Part shown: positions 61,212 to 64,000 of the stretch, piece after piece
How the letters are laid out: each line of letters opens with the position of its first letter
Numbering within the stretch: the first letter of the stretch is position 1
Assembly (NCBI GenBank): GCA_958296225.1
Contig: OY282456.1
Span: 3,750,523 to 3,814,522 of the forward strand
DNA: 64,000 nt
Reading direction: 5' to 3'
Origin: an uncultured Dehalococcoidia bacterium
GTDB lineage: Bacteria; Chloroflexota; Dehalococcoidia; Lucifugimonadales; UBA3495
Position numbers and translations under genes: made by a program
Notes under the pieces: model-generated
Told to the model about the DNA's origin: nothing
What the model saw: the letters and a program-made list of their open reading frames with translations, nothing else
The model's database searches: none

Positions 61212-62132
61212 ATGCAACGGTACATCCTACTACGTGTCCTCCAGTCGATTCTGGTCCTGGCGGTGGTGAGCGTGGTGGCCTTCGCTCTGGGCCATGCCGG
61301 CGGCAACCCCCTGGATGCGATACTGCCGGATGACGCCGATGCCGAGGTCAGGGCCGACCTGGAAGAATTCTGGGGCATCAACGAACCGTTGCACGTCCAG
61401 TATTTCACTTACGTGGGAAATGCCCTCCGGGGCGACTTTGGCCACTCGTTCAAATACCCCAGGTTCACGGTAGCCGAACTCATCCAGGACCGTTTCGTGG
61501 CCACGATTCAGCTGGCCGGAGCCGGCATCCTGGTGGCCGTGGTGTTGGGCTTGCCCATCGGGGTTTTGACGGCGACTTACCGGGACACCATCTTTGACTG
61601 GACGGGCAAAGTGGTGGCCCTACTGGGGCAATCCCTGCCCGTCTTTTGGCTGGGAATCATCCTGATGTGGATATTCGCCGTACAGTTGGACTGGTTCCCC
61701 ACCTCAGGAAAAGGCGGCATCAGAAACCTGATCCTGCCGGCCATTGCCATCGGATGGTTCCAGGCCGCCGCCATGCTCCGTTTGGTGCGGTCTTCCATGC
61801 TGGACGTGCTGGACAGCGAATACGTGAAGCTGGCCCGAATTAAGGGCCTGCCGGAATGGAAGATAATCTGGAAGCACTGTTTGCGGAACGCCGCCATCGC
61901 CCCGCTGACCTATTTCGCGATCACGCTGGGCTCGCTGATGGTGGGTTCCGTTTCCATCGAAACGGTCTTCCAGTGGCCTGGTCTGGGGTTCCTGTTGTTC
62001 AATGCGGCGCGCTCCAGCGATTACGCTTTGCTGCAAGGGATTATGCTGACCTTCACCAGCATCTACATCATCGCCAATCTGCTAGTGGACATCGCTTACG
62101 CCTACCTCGACCCACGCATACGGTACACCTGA
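61212..62132 (+). CDS. ABC transporter permease (DppB/OppB-like)
   Basis: Supporting features are MQRYILLRVLQSILVLAVVSVVAF, GDFGHSF and the EAA-loop region EYVKLARIKGLPEWKIIWKHCLRNA. Confidence 0.9.
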   Translation: MQRYILLRVLQSILVLAVVSVVAFALGHAGGNPLDAILPDDADAEVRADLEEFWGINEPLHVQYFTYVGNALRGDFGHSFKYPRFTVAELIQDRFVATIQLAGAGILVAVVLGLPIGVLTATYRDTIFDWTGKVVALLGQSLPVFWLGIILMWIFAVQLDWFPTSGKGGIRNLILPAIAIGWFQAAAMLRLVRSSMLDVLDSEYVKLARIKGLPEWKIIWKHCLRNAAIAPLTYFAITLGSLMVGSVSIETVFQWPGLGFLLFNAARSSDYALLQGIMLTFTSIYIIANLLVDIAYAYLDPRIRYT

Positions 62133-62162
62133 CGCCACGAGGCTTAAGCGAGGAGAATCACC

Positions 62163-63038
62163 ATGGCCGTAGCAATACCAAGAGTTCCCCCACGTCCCCT
62201 GTCGGGAATCGGCAGCGTCTTAAAGGAGGTATTCCGATACCCGGTAATCCCGGTGACTGTCCTGCTGGTCGTCCTGATCATTCCCTCCATTATTCCCGCC
62301 TGGATTGCCCCCCAGGACCCGTTGGCCGGCGATATTACCAACCGTCTCGCGGAACCGTCGCGGGAGCATCTGTTCGGCACTGACAAGATTGGGCGGGACG
62401 TACTCAGCCGCGTCATCTACGGCGCCAGGGTGTCAGTGCTGGTGGCCGGGGTGGCCATCGCAATATCGGGGTTGGTTGGCACCTCTTTTGGTATCATTTC
62501 CGCTTTCTACGGAGGCTGGTGGGACAGTCTGATGATGCGCCTGGTGGACATTTCGCTGTCTTTGCCCATCATCGTAGTCGCGATTGTGGTCGCCGCCATG
62601 GCGGGGCCCAGCATGAAGATACTGATTGCCGTGCTGGTGTTAAGCCAGTGGTCGCGCTATGCCCGGCTGGTGCGGGGCGAAACCCTGACCATTAGAGCCC
62701 AGGACTACATATCCCGGGCCCGAGTGGCGGGAGCTTCCAACCCGCGGATTATGATCCGCTATATCTTCCCGAACATCTTCAACACCATAGTGGTACTGGC
62801 TACCCTACAGGTGGGTTTCGTCATCGTACTGGAGGCAACCCTCAGTTTCCTGGGGGCCGGCATTTCCCGTCCCACCCCGGCATGGGGCTTGATGGTGGCT
62901 GACGGACGGGAGTTTGTGACGGACGCCTGGTGGGTATCTTTCTTCCCCGGCCTGGCTATCCTGCTTACGGTTTTGTCCATGAACCTGCTGGGAGACTGGC
63001 TGCGGGACAAGCTGGACCCGAAGCAAAGGAACCTGTAA
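62163..63038 (+). CDS. ABC transporter permease (DppC/OppC-like)
   Basis: Supporting features are HLFGTDKIGRDVLSRVIYGARVS and the EAA-loop region QDYISRARVAGASNPRIMIRYIFPN. Confidence 0.9.
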   Translation: MAVAIPRVPPRPLSGIGSVLKEVFRYPVIPVTVLLVVLIIPSIIPAWIAPQDPLAGDITNRLAEPSREHLFGTDKIGRDVLSRVIYGARVSVLVAGVAIAISGLVGTSFGIISAFYGGWWDSLMMRLVDISLSLPIIVVAIVVAAMAGPSMKILIAVLVLSQWSRYARLVRGETLTIRAQDYISRARVAGASNPRIMIRYIFPNIFNTIVVLATLQVGFVIVLEATLSFLGAGISRPTPAWGLMVADGREFVTDAWWVSFFPGLAILLTVLSMNLLGDWLRDKLDPKQRNL

Positions 63039-63081
63039 TCCTGAGGCGGCAGCGCGAGGCGAAAGGTCTTTGCCAAACTGG

Positions 63082-63128
63082 ACCGCCGGCTCCAAGTTCA
63101 CTTGACGCCGGCGGTTTCCCTTTTTGTT
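63082..63128 (+). terminator. Rho-independent-type terminator after the second permease gene
   Basis: accgccggc-(16-nt loop)-gccggcggt is followed by ttcccttttttgtt. Confidence 0.6.
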
Positions 63129-63165
63129 ATTGCCCCGGCCCGTCAAACCGGCTAGCCTGTGACCA

Positions 63166-64000
63166 ATGAGTGACGCCACCCAAACCGAAATCAGGTCGGA
63201 CAATACCGCGGTCTGCGGTTGGTGCGGGGCAGAAGGCCAAAGCCCGGGGCAGCCTTGCCAACAATGCGGCCGGGCCGCCGCCAACATCCCCGGGTGGGCC
63301 CTGCCGCCTCCCGGCGGGCGGAAATGGCTTACCCGACGCCGTTTAATTCGCATCGCGGTGATTGCGTTCGCGCTGGTAGTTCTGGCGTGGCTGTACTATC
63401 CCTTCTTCCCCAACCCGATTACACTGCTGCTCAAGGCTCCCAGTAGCGAGGTTAGCTCGGCCTCGCTGTCGGGCCAGTGGTCTATGGCCGGCAGAGACCT
63501 CCGGCTCACCCGGCACATACCCGTGGCGCCTGACCAGCCGGAAGGGCGGCTCGCCTGGTCGCGTAATCTAGGCACTCCCACCCGTGGCGCGCCCGTAGTG
63601 CATGACGGTGTGGTGTACGTAGGCGGCTTTTTCAAACTCATTGCCTTAGAATCGGCAACCGGAAATGAGCTTTGGGAGTTTGCGCTGCCCACGCCGCTGG
63701 ACCATTCGGTGGCGATTGCCGGCGACCTTCTCTACGTGGGCCTGCTGGACCACCGGATGCTGGCCGTGGACCGGAACACGCGGGCGGTACGGTGGGAGTT
63801 CAAGACCCAGGGCCCCATCACCTCGTCTCCGGTGGTGGCTGGCGGCATTGCTTACTTCGGTTCGGGCGATAGCTCTATTTACGCCCTGGATGCAGTCACC
63901 GGAGAGCTGCTGTGGCGGGAGGAAATCCAGGGCGAGCTCCGTTCCGCGCCGGCCGTGAGCGATGGTCTGGTGTTTGCCACGGATAACTTGGGCAATCTTT
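63166..64000 (+). CDS. PQQ-like (BamB-type) beta-propeller repeat protein with N-terminal zinc ribbon and TM helix; 3' end outside the window
   Basis: This ORF is absent from the ORF track because it runs off the end of the window. The translation is MSDATQTEIRSDNTAVCGWCGAEGQSPGQPCQQCG...IRIAVIAFALVVLAWLYY...VVHDGVVYVGG..ALESATGNELWEF...AVDRNTRAVRWEF...ALDAVTGELLWRE. Confidence 0.8.
   Translation, partial: MSDATQTEIRSDNTAVCGWCGAEGQSPGQPCQQCGRAAANIPGWALPPPGGRKWLTRRRLIRIAVIAFALVVLAWLYYPFFPNPITLLLKAPSSEVSSASLSGQWSMAGRDLRLTRHIPVAPDQPEGRLAWSRNLGTPTRGAPVVHDGVVYVGGFFKLIALESATGNELWEFALPTPLDHSVAIAGDLLYVGLLDHRMLAVDRNTRAVRWEFKTQGPITSSPVVAGGIAYFGSGDSSIYALDAVTGELLWREEIQGELRSAPAVSDGLVFATDNLGNL

Overview
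This is a high-G+C bacterial chromosomal segment with dense coding and mostly GGAGG-type ribosome-binding sites. By eye I found no rRNA, tRNA or CRISPR. About two thirds of it is a paralogue-rich oxidative and hydrolytic catabolic neighbourhood. It holds five luciferase-like (LLM) flavin/F420 oxidoreductases, three GMC oxidoreductases and an HpaB-type hydroxylase. It also holds a TPP enzyme, an SDR, two VOC proteins, a lactonase, two amidohydrolases, epoxide and alpha/beta hydrolases, an isochorismatase-like hydrolase and an amidase. That gene mix resembles what is described for SAR202-type Chloroflexota; this is an inference, not a search result. Housekeeping genes are pcm, cynS and an aroK-aroB pair. 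Transport genes are a ZnuA/ZnuB-like pair and a DppABC-like set, and neither has an ATPase gene in the window. Accessory items are an intact IS5-family element, a hicAB module whose toxin carries a nonsense codon, a Fic gene wedged between aroK and aroB, a low-G+C HNH-nuclease ORF, and a Hen1-Pnkp RNA-repair pair. The most interesting signals are as follows. (1) Two inverted copies, 43 kb apart, of a ~370-nt structured non-coding element with its own near-consensus promoter; the ~242-nt core is almost invariant and one helix shows a compensatory change. (2) A ~390-nt hairpin-dense leader with its own promoter in front of the HNH ORF, whose only defect is a TGA at a conserved zinc-finger Cys position. 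(3) Unusual domain architectures: a ZnuA-like protein with a ~390-aa propeller-like insert, a D-aminoacylase-like amidohydrolase with an embedded Rieske-like module, and a permease-TolB-IPT-FG-GAP/ASPIC giant. (4) A 224-bp tandem array that multiplies the 5' end of the znuA-like gene. Where the ORF track extended past a clear RBS, I re-picked the start codon from the RBS context.
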